Assembly (NCBI GenBank): GCA_951406725.2 | Contig: OX597836.1 | Span: 19,840,001 to 19,904,000 of the forward strand | Source of the DNA: Octopus vulgaris | Taxonomy: Eukaryota | Length of the DNA stretch: 64,000 bases | Direction of reading: 5' to 3' | Shown here: positions 1 to 12,516 of the stretch, piece by piece | How the letters are laid out: every line of letters begins with the position of its first letter | Position numbering within the stretch: position 1 is the first letter of the stretch | The notes under the pieces: model-generated | The model's database searches: none | Seen by the model: only the letters and a program-made list of their open reading frames with translations | What the model was told of the DNA's origin: nothing | Program-made: the position numbers and the translations under genes

Positions 1-808
1 TCTATATTATCACCTCCATCATCTTTTTCTTCTTCCTCTTCTTTTTCTCCTCCTTCATCTCCTCTTCCCTCTCCTCCTTCTTCAGAATCAGCTACATGAA
101 ATAACTAAGAAAGAGTTCAAATCCTGACCTCCACCATTCCTCTTACTATCGTGTGGGGCACACAACAAAACACAAAAAATGTCTTGTTATCAAAATAGCT
201 CCCAACCCCTTCACAAGAAGGGCTCTGAATGGTAGAATCTGTAGACCATGCAGTATTTAGTTATATTCCACTATGTTCTTAATTCAAATTACACCACAAA
301 CAACTTCTTTCTTTTCATATCCCTAGGCTTCCCCGTAGAGAGAAAATAATTTTGTATGTTTTCGTTATATTCTCAAAATATTTGTATTATTTTCTATTTA
401 TTCTTTACAAGATATTTTTGCTGTCCTGAAATACATATTTTAAATACACTAACTGCAGTAGATATCTATCCACCTTTGTTCAAGTTAACTGTTGTCCCAG
501 GGCCAATAAAACTGCCTGTGTTCCCCCACTTCCCAAATTTATAGCCTTGTGCCAAAATTAGAAACCATTATTGTTATGTTACAAAGCAGCAGGTGGCATG
601 AAATAGCAGGGCATCAACCAAAATGTTTTGTTCTGTTCTTTTATATTCTGCCTTAAAAAAATCTCACTGGAATAGGGGTGATAAAAATAAATACCAATTC
701 TAGTGAATCCTATGCTTTCCTCAAAAATGGTTGACCTTGTTCCCATGATAATTATCTATTATAAGTCACTGCATTATTTTAGGTTTTAATTTCATTTGTG
801 AGATAGGG

Positions 809-1036
809 TGGCGAGCTGGCAGAAATGTTAGCATGCCGGGCGAAATGCGTACCCGTATTTCATCTGTCGTTACGTTCTGAGTTCAAATTCCGCCGAGGTC
901 GACTTTGCCTTTCATCCTTTCGGGGTCGATAAATAAAGTACCAGTTTCCCACTGGAGTCGATGTAATCGACTTAATTCCTTTGTCTGTCCTTGTTTGTCC
1001 CCTCTATGTTTAGCCCCTTGTGGGCAGTAAAGAAAT
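809..1036 (+). mobile_element. SINE family A (tRNA-like head, Meta-domain-like core)
   Basis: ggcgagctggcagaa...gagttcaaattccgccgaggtcgactttgcctttcatcctttcggggtcgat...agtaaagaaata; recurs many times in the window. Confidence 0.85.
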
Positions 1037-1600
1037 ACATAATTACTTTATTTTTGTTGTTGAAAACAACTAATCTTATTTTCTTTAATATTTATTTTGC
1101 AGTACATAAGATTCGTTAATGTAATGTAGTGATCACCCTCTACAAGCTATGCAGCGCGGCGTTATAGGAGCTGAGCAGCAAAACAATGGGTTCCCTTTAT
1201 GTTGCCAGTCTACCAAATCTGCTAGTCATCTGAAACCATTTAGACAGAAAATAATGCAATAAATTCTTTAAAAAGGCAACGAACCAATCGTTGTTGAAAT
1301 AAGCTCCTTCCAATAACATTTGCAAGTAAAAAAAAAAAAGCAGAAACAAAACAAAAAAAAAAAACATTATAAAACTTCTCTGATCCTTTCAGAGTAAGAA
1401 ATAATGAGAAATAAAAAAAATATTTTACACCATAAAAAAAAGCCTTCGGTTTCATTCCTTTATTAGCTAGATATTAATTAGTATTAATTAATTTATCAGA
1501 GTTGCAACACAGGAGTTGAATGCTCTTATCTGCTAGGCCCTGCTACAGTGACTTGAGATAGTAAATATGCTTGTTGCTTGTTTTGTTTTTGTGTTTTTTT

Positions 1601-2774
1601 GGATCTTTTCTATTCTGAAGCCAGTTTTTTCAAATTTTTCCTACTGAACCAAACAATTTGAAACTTCGTATACTGGTAGAATGTGTCAAAAGTAAACTTA
1701 ATTGTAAACCAGAATGAAAACGGAATTGTAACTTCTAAGTTTAACGTTGTTTAATAATTAGAATTTTAACCAATGATATTCCGTCATTCGGCTTTATTTT
1801 ATTTACTCCGTCTCGACCACCAATTTCGTGACGTATTAAACATCTTAAATGTAAACAAGCGTGTGTGAAGAGACAGAGAGAGTAATGTGTGAAAGAGAGA
1901 GATAACTGAAATTTTTTACTCGGTGTATGTGTATATGTATGTCTGCATGTATGTGTGTGTGTATGTATGTGTAAGTATGTGTGTGTGTGTATGTATGTGT
2001 GTGTGTGTATGTATGTATGGCCGATTCATCGTAATTACGATGAATCGGCCATACATACATAGATACATACACACACACACATACATGCAGACATACATAT
2101 ACACATACACCGAGTAAAAAATTTCAGTTATCTCTCTCTTTCACACATTACTCTCTCTGTCTCTTCACACACACTAACAGAAGCACTTCACTTACACAAC
2201 ATACTGTCTCCCACACCCCATCAAATACACACACACACACACATGTACATCAATGCTTCCCCTAGACGGTAACTTCAAAGACAAACTTCCCTCGTCATAA
2301 AATCGCTTCCTCTTAGTCTCTTTCGCTCTCATTACTTATGTAAAAAAATAAAAGTTTTTTACGGAAATCGACGGAAAACTTGTGCTACGACAAGAGAAAC
2401 TTCGCCGAAATTTAATATTAAAAAAGCAAAGAACTGGCAGAAACGTTAGCACGCCGGGCGAAATGCGTAGCCGTATTTCGTCTGCCGTTACGTTCTGTGT
2501 TTGTTTACAGTTTTCCGAACGTTAGTACGTCACAAAAGCGCTTTCTACGTCACACTAATAGAATGCAGTCAAGTTTTACACATGAAAACAAACAATCTGA
2601 TTGGTTAAAATTCGCAGTTTTAATCTACGATTAAAGTCATAAAATAGATTTTTCTCAAATAAACTAGTTCCAACCTGTGTCTTGTTTTGCTAGACTCTAT
2701 CAGCATACGAAGTTTCAGATTATTTAGTTAAGTAGAAAGATCTGTGGTCCTGGCTTCAGAATTGAAAAGATTCC
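1601..2774. mobile_element. Old GGATCTTTTC-terminal MITE with nested insertions
   Basis: Left ggatcttttctattctgaagccag, right ctggcttcagaattgaaaagattcc (imperfect TIRs); shares aaacttcgtatactggtagaatgtgt with the MITEs at 21.7k, 38.2k and 56.2k; TSD not preserved. Confidence 0.6.
1861..2172. repeat. Spacerless inverted repeat (foldback) centred at 2034/2035
   Basis: Core ggccgattcatcgtaa|ttacgatgaatcggcc; arms share gtgtgtgaagagacagagagagtaatgtgtgaaagagagagataactgaaattttttactcgg. Confidence 0.9.
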
Positions 2775-3313
2775 TTTTCATTTCAAAGAAAAAAATCTTT
2801 GGTGTCTTTAAGAGAGAGTAAATGTCTCTTAAAGACACCTTCTTCTGGGAGAATTGAAACCAAATTGTAGAGTTGGAAGAATGGCTGTGGCACCACTCTG
2901 TAGTTGCTGAAGATTCTGCATGTGTGTGTGTGTGTGTGTGCTGCGTACACTCCTACGTTTTCTTTACTTTTCTTGCCCATGTTTTGCTTTTTTTTGTGTG
3001 TTTTACTACATAAACGTCACCAACTGCCTACCCTGAGTAATTACTGATATATATGTATGTATATGTGCGTGTGTCTTTGTGTCTGTGTTTGACAACTCAC
3101 TTTCCACTGCTTGACCAACTTGTGTTGGTATGTTTATGTGCTTGTAACTTAACAGTTCAGCAAAAGAGATCAATAAAATAAGTACCAGGCCATAAAAGAA
3201 AGTAAGTACTGGGGTTGATTCATTTGACTAAAAATTCTTCCAAGCAGTGCCCCAGCATGGACACAGTCTAATGACTGAAACAAAGAAAAGATAAAAGATA
3301 TATATATATATAT

Positions 3314-3364
3314 AAGATCCTGGATTTCTAGCTTTGCTTCAAATAAACTCTGCTTTCATCAGTT
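3314..3364 (-). ncRNA. Minimal type I hammerhead ribozyme motif
   Basis: Minus strand aa-CTGATGA-aagc...gcta-GAAA-tccagga-T-C-tt; near-palindromic stem III ATCCAGGAT, AUC triplet; abuts (TA)n. Confidence 0.6.
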
Positions 3365-3366
3365 GA

Positions 3367-3448
3367 ATATACCACATTTGCACATAAATACAAATATATA
3401 TATACAGAACACACCTGTATATATATATTTGTATTTATGTGCTAATGT

Positions 3449-3455
<7 letters not shown>
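3367..3455. repeat. 41-bp inverted repeat with 7-nt spacer
   Basis: atataccacatttgcacataaatacaaatatatatatacag-aacacac-ctgtatatatatatttgtatttatgtgctaatgtggtatat. Confidence 0.85.
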
Positions 3456-3487
<32 letters not shown>

Positions 3488-3986
3488 AAGTGGCCAGCAA
3501 GCTTAACCAATATAGGTAAATATACATAAAAATTTTGGGTATAAAAAATATGTGGTTTTGAAGAGTTGACTCTTTTTTCTAACATAGACGGTAAATATTT
3601 TTGGTATATGATTTAATAAATGTGTGGTATCTAATTAAATAGATACATTTTGATTTCTTTCATTTAAATACGTAATTCTGTCATTTCAAGCATTTCTTAA
3701 ATGGCAAACTCAATTTTTCCTTTTTGATGAAAACTCTTTTTTGTGAACACTTTGCTCAGAATGTCAGTGAATCACCAGACAGTGTTTCAACCTGATTTTG
3801 TCTATTTGGTGATGAATACGCTGGTTGTGTGCGTTAGACATAAGGCTCACAGATAATGCCATTCCGCAATTGTACACACATTATAAATGTTATACATGCA
3901 CCAGTCTTTTAATTCAGAACTGCATATACTAATTCAACCAAGTTTCCTTCGAGTCACAACCTGCTTGCTGCTTCTGCTCCATGCTA

Positions 3987-4453
3987 TTGCTTGATAGGGC
4001 GGGGTCATCCCATATTAATGGTCCTTGCTTGATAGGGCTGGGGTCATCTTATGTTAGTGGTCATTGCTTGATAGGGCTGGGGTCATCCCATATTAATGGT
4101 CCTTGCTTGATAGGGCTGGGGTCATCCTATGTTAGTGGTCATTGCTTGATAGGGCTGGGGTCATCCCATATTAATGGTCATTGCTTGATAGGGCTGGGGT
4201 CATCCCATGTTAGTGGTCATTGCTTGATAGGGCTGGGGTCATCCCATATTAATGGTCATTGCTTGATAGGGCTGGGGTCATCACATGTTAGTGGTCATTG
4301 CTTGATAGGGCTGGGGTCATCCCATGTTAGTGGTCATTGCTTGATAGGGCTGGGGTCATCCCATGTTAGTGGTCATTGCTTGATAGGGCTGGGGTCATCC
4401 CATGTTAGTGGTCATTGCTTGATAGGGTTGGGGTCATCCCATGTTAGTGGTCC
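3987..4453. repeat. 39-bp minisatellite, about 12 copies
   Basis: Unit ttgcttgatagggctggggtcatcccatgttagtggtca. Confidence 0.95.
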
Positions 4454-5190
4454 CTGAGTTGTCATCATGCACTGAGCTGACCAGGTCCACCAGTGCTTCC
4501 CATCATTGGCAGTCCTGTGCATCCTCCAAGAGATGCTGAACCTCTGGAGATCTTCCTTAATCACATCCAGCTGGTAGAAAAGATCTGGTAGAAGGCAGAG
4601 GACATGTCTGTATCAGTGCATGCAGTGGATGGCTATGAGGCGGGAGGCTCAGACTGATACATGTGCACATGCACTTCTTTGTTGGAAATGTGATTGTACC
4701 ATTTGATGTTTGTGATGGTTCTCAGGGCTCTGCTATCAAAGTCATTAATCCTCTTTGTTAGGTTCTTCAAGAGGAGTCATGTTTCTGCTCCATAGAGGAT
4801 AATGAAGTGGACTGATGCATTGTAGATGCAGAGCTTCATCTTCTGGGAAATAGAGCAGTGGTGCCAACGGGACTTCCATAGGGAGTACATGATCTTGGCA
4901 ACCAGACCACATCTGTGGTTCATCTCTGGTGTCAGGTTTCCATTGTTCGTGACTATGAAGCCCAGGTAGATGAAGGAGCTGACAAACTCCATAATGTCAG
5001 GGCCAATATGGATATGAGGAGGGCCTTGGCCATCACCAATATGCATCAGCTGGGTCTTCACTCAACTTACCTGAAGGCCAAGCTTTGCTGATTCTTTTCT
5101 GTATATGGTCAGTGCATCCCTGAGCTGGTTGACTGACTTGCTGAATAGGATGATATTGTCTGCATACTCTAGGTTGGTAAGGTGGTTCCC
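4454..5190 (-). mobile_element. RTE-clade LINE fragment (RT C-terminal part, decayed)
   Basis: NLEYADNI (YADD-like) near 5150-5175; ORF 4777-5061 with FIYLG and IYNASVHFIILYGAET motifs. Confidence 0.8.
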
Positions 5191-5299
5191 ACAATCTTTA
5201 AGAGAAATGGAGGCTATATTGCATGATTGATTCCTTGTCATTTCTAAAATAGAGAATAGATATGAATGAACACTGAACTGATCAATTTTATTCTCACCA

Positions 5300-6345
5300 G
5301 ACAGCAGGAGTACAGCAAAGAATTCAGGCTACAAGTAGGGTTCACCAAGGGTCGGTGCTCAGTCCCCTCTTGTTCCTCATAGTCCTCCAGGCAATAACAG
5401 TGGAATTCAAGACAGGCTGCCCCTGGGAGCTCCTCTATGCTGATGACCTTGCTCTTATAGCTTAATCACTTCTGAACAAGAGAAGAGGTCCCAGATATGG
5501 AAGCAAGGTCTAGAATCAAAGAGTTAACCTTGCAAAAACCAAACTCATAATAAGTGGGAAAGCAGATAAATCACAAATCCCTTCAGGTAGATGGCCCTGC
5601 TCAATGTGTAGAAAAGGTGTAAGTAGAAAATTCATAATATGTGCCCAGTGTAAGCTTTGGACACATAAAAGGTGTAGCAAAATCAGAGGAAGATTAACAG
5701 GGAAACTAACTTTTGTATGTGGAAGATGCACAGGTACAATAAATGCTGAAAATGTGCAGAAAATAGACTCCATCAACTGCCAGTGGGACAAGCTGGAGGT
5801 AGTAGATAGCTTCTGTTATCTAGGTGACCAAGTTAGTAGTGGAGGTGGATGCTCTGAGAGTGTAGCTGTGAGAATAAGATTAAACTGGTCAAAGTTCAGA
5901 GAGCTCCTACCTCAGATGGCAACAAAAGACTTCTCTCTGAGTGAAAGGCAGATGGTATGATCCCTGTGTGTGAACAGCTATGCTACATGGCAGTGAAACA
6001 TGGGCTATGACATCTGAGGATATGCGTAGGCTTCAGAGAAATGAAGCCAGTATGCTTTGCTGGATATGCAATGTCAGTGTTCATGTTTGACAGAGTGTAA
6101 GCATCTTGAGAGAAAAGTTAGGCATAAGAGGCATCAGATGTGGTGAGCAAGAGACACGACTGTGCTAGTATGGTCATGTGATGCATATGGACAAGGACAG
6201 CTGTGTAAAGAAGTGCTGATATCTAACTGTGGAGGGAAGACAGGATGAGGTGGTGAAGCATGGTCTTTGAAATTTGAGCCTCACAGAGGCAATGACTGGT
6301 GATCGAGGCTTTTGGTGATGAGTTGTGCTTGAGAGGACCTGTCAA
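5300..6345 (+). mobile_element. RTE-clade LINE fragment with Cys/His-rich (PHD-like) segment after the RT core
   Basis: GVHQGSVLSPLLF, LLYADDLAL, then CSMC...CAQCKLWTHKRC...CGRC, VDSFCYLGD, GSETW; stops and frameshifts. Confidence 0.85.
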
Positions 6346-6574
6346 ACTAAGTGCACCCATACTGGTGACACATAGAGACATCTTTTAAACGTTGGCCTTC
6401 ACAGAGGCAAAGTGGCTGAGTTCCTTTCAAGTGGTGGGCCTCACAGAGGTGAGGTATTGGAGTTCCTTTCGAGTGTTGGGGCTCATGGAGGCAATGACCA
6501 AGACCTTTGACATTATGTTTTGCTTGAGAAGAAGATCCATCAAGCCAAGCAAAATCGCAGTTGTGGCAAATACC

Positions 6575-6815
6575 AGCATCACACAAATTGGCACCCATGC
6601 CGGTGGCACGTAAATGCACCCTGGTGACACACAAAAGCATGTAAAAGCTCCCATTACACTCTCAGAGTGGTTGGCATTAGGAAGGGGATTCAGCCGCAGA
6701 AAACCATGTCAAATCAGACTGGAGTCTGGTGCAGCTTTCCAGAGTGCCATCCCAGTAAAACCATCCAACCCATGCCATCATGGACAACAGACGTTAAATG
6801 ATGATGATGAAGATG
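6575..6815 (+). mobile_element. RTE-type 3' UTR/tail with (GAT)n end
   Basis: gagtggttggcattaggaaggg...ccatccaacccatgcc...gacgttaaatgatgatgat; a second copy at about 14815-14965. Confidence 0.65.
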
Positions 6816-7031
6816 CTATATATGTGTGTGTGTGTGTGCAAGATTAATCAGCCGAAATTACGAGGATGATCCGGTTCTTGACTGAAGATTAAAGGCTTCG
6901 AATGACCCGTCCATGTTTTTTGTATCGTCTATCTGGATGTTTTGCATTCTTGTCCCATTTTGTATTTTTATATATATATATATTTATATATATATATATG
7001 TATATGGTGCTATATATATGTATATATATGT

Positions 7032-7062
<31 letters not shown>

Positions 7063-7694
7063 GGTGTATATATATGTGTGTGTATATATATATGTGTATA
7101 TATATATGTGTGTGTGGTGTATTTATATATATATATACACACACACATATATATATCAGTTTTAACATCTACTTTTCCATACTTGCATGCGTCAAACAGA
7201 GTTTATTCAGGCAAATTTTCTACAACCACCTGCCCCTCCTGTGCCCAAAGCCTCACATTTCCCAGCTCAGTAATATTTCCCCATGGCAAAACATGTTTCC
7301 ACAGAATATTCGAAACGAACAACTCTGCTTATATGACAGTAATGCTCATTTACGACTACCATGCGATGTCAATACAAGGAGATACAAACACAGACACACA
7401 CACACACATATATACACGCACCAGGCCTGTTTGTAGTTTCTGTCACCGAAATCCATCCACAAGGCTTTTGGCTGGCCTCAACTATAATAGAAGACACTTG
7501 CCTAAAGTGCCACACAGTGAGACTGAACCGAAAACCATGTGTTTGAGAAGCAAACTTCTTCATTAACTACAAAACCACGCCTGTCACCCCTACTCCACCC
7601 CTGTCACATATATATAAGTATTTACATACTTATATATGCATATACATATATATATATATATATAACCAAGGAAAAAAGCAACAAGAATGGATTA

Positions 7695-7741
<47 letters not shown>

Positions 7742-7806
7742 CTTATATATGCATATACATATATATATATACACACACACACAAATATATATATATATAT
7801 ATATAT

Positions 7807-7837
<31 letters not shown>

Positions 7838-7886
7838 CAACATACATATATCATCATCATCATCATCATCATGATGATGATATATG

Positions 7887-7924
<38 letters not shown>

Positions 7925-8677
7925 CACACATATATATATATAAATATATATATACATATATTTACATACTTATATATGCATATACATATATATCTATATA
8001 TATATATATGTGTGTGTGTGTATATATACACACACACATATAATTTTAAGATGAGCAGGCACACACACATTCATGCATGTATGCATGAATCTTGAGTTTC
8101 GGTAGCCAAACTCTGGCATTCACATGGCATTTCCTGCATCTTAAACTAACACCAAAACATCATTCACATCAGTTCGGTGGTGCTATTACTCTCCCTCCAC
8201 CCACATACAAGGCCACCACCACCACCACCACCACCACCACCACCACCACCACCACAGCAACAACAACAACAGCAACAACAACAACTACAACATTAACAAT
8301 GTATGTCCTTGGAGTAAATCATCAGTTGAAAGACTCCAAGTATTTCATAACAGGATTCGAAGGTGAAGTTTCATCTTGCTAATCAAGTTTAAATATTTTT
8401 GCCCCAGGATTGTTGACACTTCTCATTTGATACGCCTATCTGGCATATTCCATTTGAGAGAAAGAAAGAGTAAGAGATGTAAAGATAAGTCCTTGCTCTT
8501 TACTCTCGTGGGGTCTGGTTTCAGTTGAAGAAAGGGTTTGAAAGGAATGAGCAGAAGTAAACAGGACATTTTGCATAAATGAATGCAAATACCCAAGTTT
8601 CAGCAAAAGGATGGAACTAAGATAAGGTTTCTGTCGAAAATTGCCATTTTCAAATTTGTCATTATATATATATAATT

Positions 8678-8940
8678 GTGTGCAGGTGTGTGTGTGTGTG
8701 TGCGTGTGAGTGTGTGTGTGTGTGTGTGTATTTGTGTGTGTGTGTGTGTGTGTGTGTGCATGCGGGCATGTGTGTGTGTGTATTTGTGTGTGTGTGTGTG
8801 TGTGTGTATGTGTGTGTGTATGTGTGTGTGCATGCGTGCGTGTGTGTGTGTATTTGTGTGTGTGTGTGCATGCGTGCGTGCATGTGTGTGTGTATTTGTT
8901 TGTGTGTGTGTGTATGTGTGTGTGCGTGCATGTGTGTGTA

Positions 8941-8983
<43 letters not shown>

Positions 8984-9060
8984 GTGTGTGTGCATGCGTG
9001 CGTGCGTGTGTGTATTTGTGTGTATGTATGTGTGTGTGTCTGTATGTGTGTGTGTCTGTA
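8678..9060. repeat. Compound (TG)n microsatellite
   Basis: Interrupted TG repeats; source of the HT/CV spurious ORFs. Confidence 0.95.
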
Positions 9061-9063
9061 TTA

Positions 9064-9250
9064 GTGATACAACTTTTAAATCTTTTTACTTCAAAAACAA
9101 TTTCCTGTATCATATTCAGACGAGCTTTTATGCTATCTTTTAAAAAGTTCGCCCATGAATCCATGTTTGAATTCTCAGGCAAAACTTGTTTGAATATGGG
9201 CAAGGTTGCATAGCACTCTCGGCTTTCAATAAATTCTTGGCATTTACAAG
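9064..9250 (-). mobile_element. hAT transposase relic, second copy of 17740-17935
   Basis: Encodes LPIFKQVLPENSNMDSWANFLKDSIKARLNMIQEIVFE, nearly identical to the + copy at 17.8k. Confidence 0.55.
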
Positions 9251-9393
9251 ACTTCAGTGGTGATTAGGTTGCTTTACTGAGTCATCATGCTCAGTCATTA
9301 AGCAAATAATTAAGTTCTTCTTTCACTTTCATCCTTGTTGTTTTGGTTTTGGTGTGAGCTCTGCATGGCTGCTAGTGGTATGTCATTCAAGGT

Positions 9394-11973
9394 GGCAATC
9401 TGGCAGAAACATTAGCACGCCGGGCGAAATGCGTAGCCGTATTTCGTCTGCCGTTATGTTCTGAGTTCAAATTCCGCCGAGGTCGACTTTGCCTTTCATC
9501 CTTTCGAGGTCGATAAATTAAGTACCAGTTACGCACTGGCGTCGATGTAATCGACTTAATCCGTTTGTCTGTCCTTGTTTGTCCCCTCTGTGTTTAGCCC
9601 CTTGTGGGTAGTAAAGAAATAGGTATGTCATGCAAGCAAAGCTTCAAAGTTGTTCAGAAGAACAAGGAGAAATGAATGAGAAATTTGGTGCAGTTTCAGT
9701 CCCATTCATCTAGAGGTCATGGCCTGTTGAAGAAACCTCACTGGCCAGCAGTAGTCGAATGCCACTCAAGGAGCAGATTGTTGGTCGGCACCAGTTTCTT
9801 GGGAAATCACTTAAAGGCAGAGAAGAGAGAGTGGTGGAAGTATCAGATTCCTGTGACTGTTTTGGCAGGATTTTTACAGCTGGATACCTTTCCTAACACT
9901 AACCACTCACCAGAGTGGATTTAGTGTTTTTTTCATGGCACAAGCACAGGTGAGGTGAGTTGTGCTTTTACGTGGCACAAACACAGGTGATGTCAGTTTT
10001 GGCAAGGTTTTAACAGCTGGATTCCCTTCAAAACACCAACCTATTTCTTTATTACCCACAAGGGACTAAACATAGAGGGGACGAACAAGGACAGACATAG
10101 GTATTAAGTCGAGTACATCGACCTCAGTGCGTAACTGGTACTTAATTTATCAACCCCGAAAGGATGAAAGGCAAAGTCGACCTTGGCGGAATTTGAACTC
10201 AGAATGCAGTGGCGGACGAAATACTGCAAAGCATTTCTCCCGGCGTGTTAACGATTCTGCCAGCTCGCTGCCCTTCAAAACACCAACCACTTTACAATGT
10301 GGACTGGGTGTTTTAAGTGACACCTGCACTGACGCAGTCATCAATTACTTTCAAGACAAAAAAAAAAAGAAAAAAAACTTTCAAGAGGAGAGGAGGCATT
10401 GGAGGAGGTGATCTTGTGTTGGATGATGAAAAGGTTATAGTGAGACAGATACAGGTGTCTTGCTGTAGAGGAAATACAAGGTTACCCAGCTGGAGAGAGA
10501 AAGATTAGGAATGAAGACAGAAAGAGGTGTGCTGCTGCAAAAGAAATACAGGGTTACCCAACCTGAAGGAAGTGCAGGAGAAGGAGAGAGAGTGGGAGAC
10601 AGCTGGATAGAGAAGGTGGCAAAATGCCAGGCATACTCACAAGGAATGAGGATCAGAGTATAAATGAGGTGGTTGAATAAAGGAAGAGAGAGGTGAGCTG
10701 GCAGAAACGTTAGCACGCCGGGCGAAATGCGCAGCCGTATTTCGTCTGCCGTTATGTTCTGAGTTCAAATTCCGCCGAGGTTGACTTTGCCTTTCATCCT
10801 TTCGAGGTCGATAAATTAAGTACCAGTTACGAACTGGGGTCGATGTAATCGACTTAATCCGTTTGTCTGTCCTTGTTTGTCCTCTCTGTGTTTAGCCCCT
10901 TGTGGGTAGTAAAGAAATAGGTATGTCATTCAAGAAAAGCTTTAAAGTTGTTCAGAAGAACAAGGAGAAATGAATGAGGAATTTGGTGCAGTTCCAGTCC
11001 CATTCATCTAGAAGTCATGTGCCTGTAGAAGCATCACTGGACAGCAGAAACCGAATGCCACTCAAGGAGCAGATTGTTGGTCGGCACCAGTTTCTTGGGA
11101 AATCACTTAAAGGCAGAGAAGAGAGAGTGGTGGAATTATCAGACTTCTGTGACTGTTTTGGCAGGATTTTTACAGATGGACACCTTTCCTAACACCAACC
11201 ACTCACCAGAGTGAATTTAGTGTTTTTTTCATGGCACAAGCACAGGTGAGGTGAGTTGTGCTCTTACGTGGCACAAGCACAGGGGAGGTCAGTTTTGGCA
11301 AGGTTTTTACAGCTGGATTCCCTTCCAAACACCAACCACTTAACAATATGGACTGGGTGTTTTAAGTGACACCTGCACTGACACAGTCACCAATTACTTT
11401 CAAGACAAAAAAAAAAAAAAGAAAAAAAACTTTCAAGAGGAGAGAAGGCATTGGAGGAGGTGATCTTGTGTTGGATGATGAAAAGGTTATAGTGAGACAG
11501 ATACAGGTGTCTTGCTGTAGAGGAAATACAAGGTTACCTGGCCGGAGAGAGAAAGATCAGGAATGAAGACAGAAAGAGGTGTGCTGCTGCAAAAGAAATA
11601 CAGGGTTACCCAACCTGAAGGAAGTGCAGGAGAAGGAGAGAGAGTGGGAGACAGCTGGATAGAGAAGGTGGCAAAATGCCAGGCATACTCACAAGGAATG
11701 AGGATCAGAGTATAAATGAGGTGGTTGAATAAAGGAAGAGAGAGGTGAGCTGGCAGAATCGTTAGCACATCGGGCGAAATGCGTAGCTGTATTTCATCTG
11801 CCGTTACATTCTGAGTTCAAATTCCGCCGAGGTTGACTTTGCCTTTCATCCTTTCGGGGTCGATTAAGTAAGTACCAGTTACGCACTGGGGTCGATATAA
11901 TCGACTTAATCCGTTTGTCTGTCCTTGTTTGTCCCCTCTGTGTTTAGCCCCTTGTGGGCAATAAAGAAATAGG
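9394..11973 (+). repeat. Tandem segmental duplication SINE-X-SINE-X-SINE
   Basis: SINE A at about 9394, 10693 and 11744; spacers 9623-10692 and 10923-11743 are near-identical apart from a SINE insertion in the first. Confidence 0.9.
10042..10270 (-). mobile_element. SINE A insertion with 18-bp TSD
   Basis: cccttcaaaacaccaacc at 10024-10041 and 10271-10288; empty site in the duplicate at about 11320-11337. Confidence 0.9.
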
Positions 11974-12411
11974 TATAGATAGTGGCAAGAGCCAGGGCAT
12001 GCCCTTGAGGTTCAAATGCCATAATAAAAGTGGCAGGATATTGTAAAGGGAGTGTGATTAAAGAGTGTGAGTAAGTGGCAAAAAGCCCTGGGTATGTGTG
12101 GAGTGGGTGGGGATACTGGATAGCAATGATTGGACCGAGGCTATAGTGGAATATACTTGCCAATGGTTGGCCTGACCTTTGTGAGTGGATTTGTTAGATG
12201 GAAACTGAAAGAAGCTTGTTGTTTTCTACAGATGGATGCCCTACCTGTCACTAACCATCACCTACTTCTAAGCAAGGTAATATTCCACATGATCAGACAT
12301 GTTTAGACAGAAGATTGCAAGTAAAGGACTGCTTGCATGAGGGCAACATTTTTTTACAACTATTACATGATGTCAAGGCAAAGAGACACTAATACACACA
12401 CACACACACAA

Positions 12412-12446
<35 letters not shown>

Positions 12447-12457
12447 TATATATATAT

Positions 12458-12516
<59 letters not shown>

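Noticed and set aside
3981-4457. 158-aa ORF of GHCLIGLGSSHVS repeats, and CRISPR-like appearance
   Set aside because: 39-bp tandem repeat with no unique spacers; the open frame follows from unit length being a multiple of 3
6847-6905. agccGAAA...CTGAAGA...ggct as a type II hammerhead
   Set aside because: No convincing stem III or stem I pairing
6902-9213. Long ORFs rich in YI, HT or CV repeats (also at 13.7k, 15.4k, 32.5k, 34.3-35.5k and 57-59k)
   Set aside because: Stop-free translations of TA, CA, TTCG and CT microsatellites
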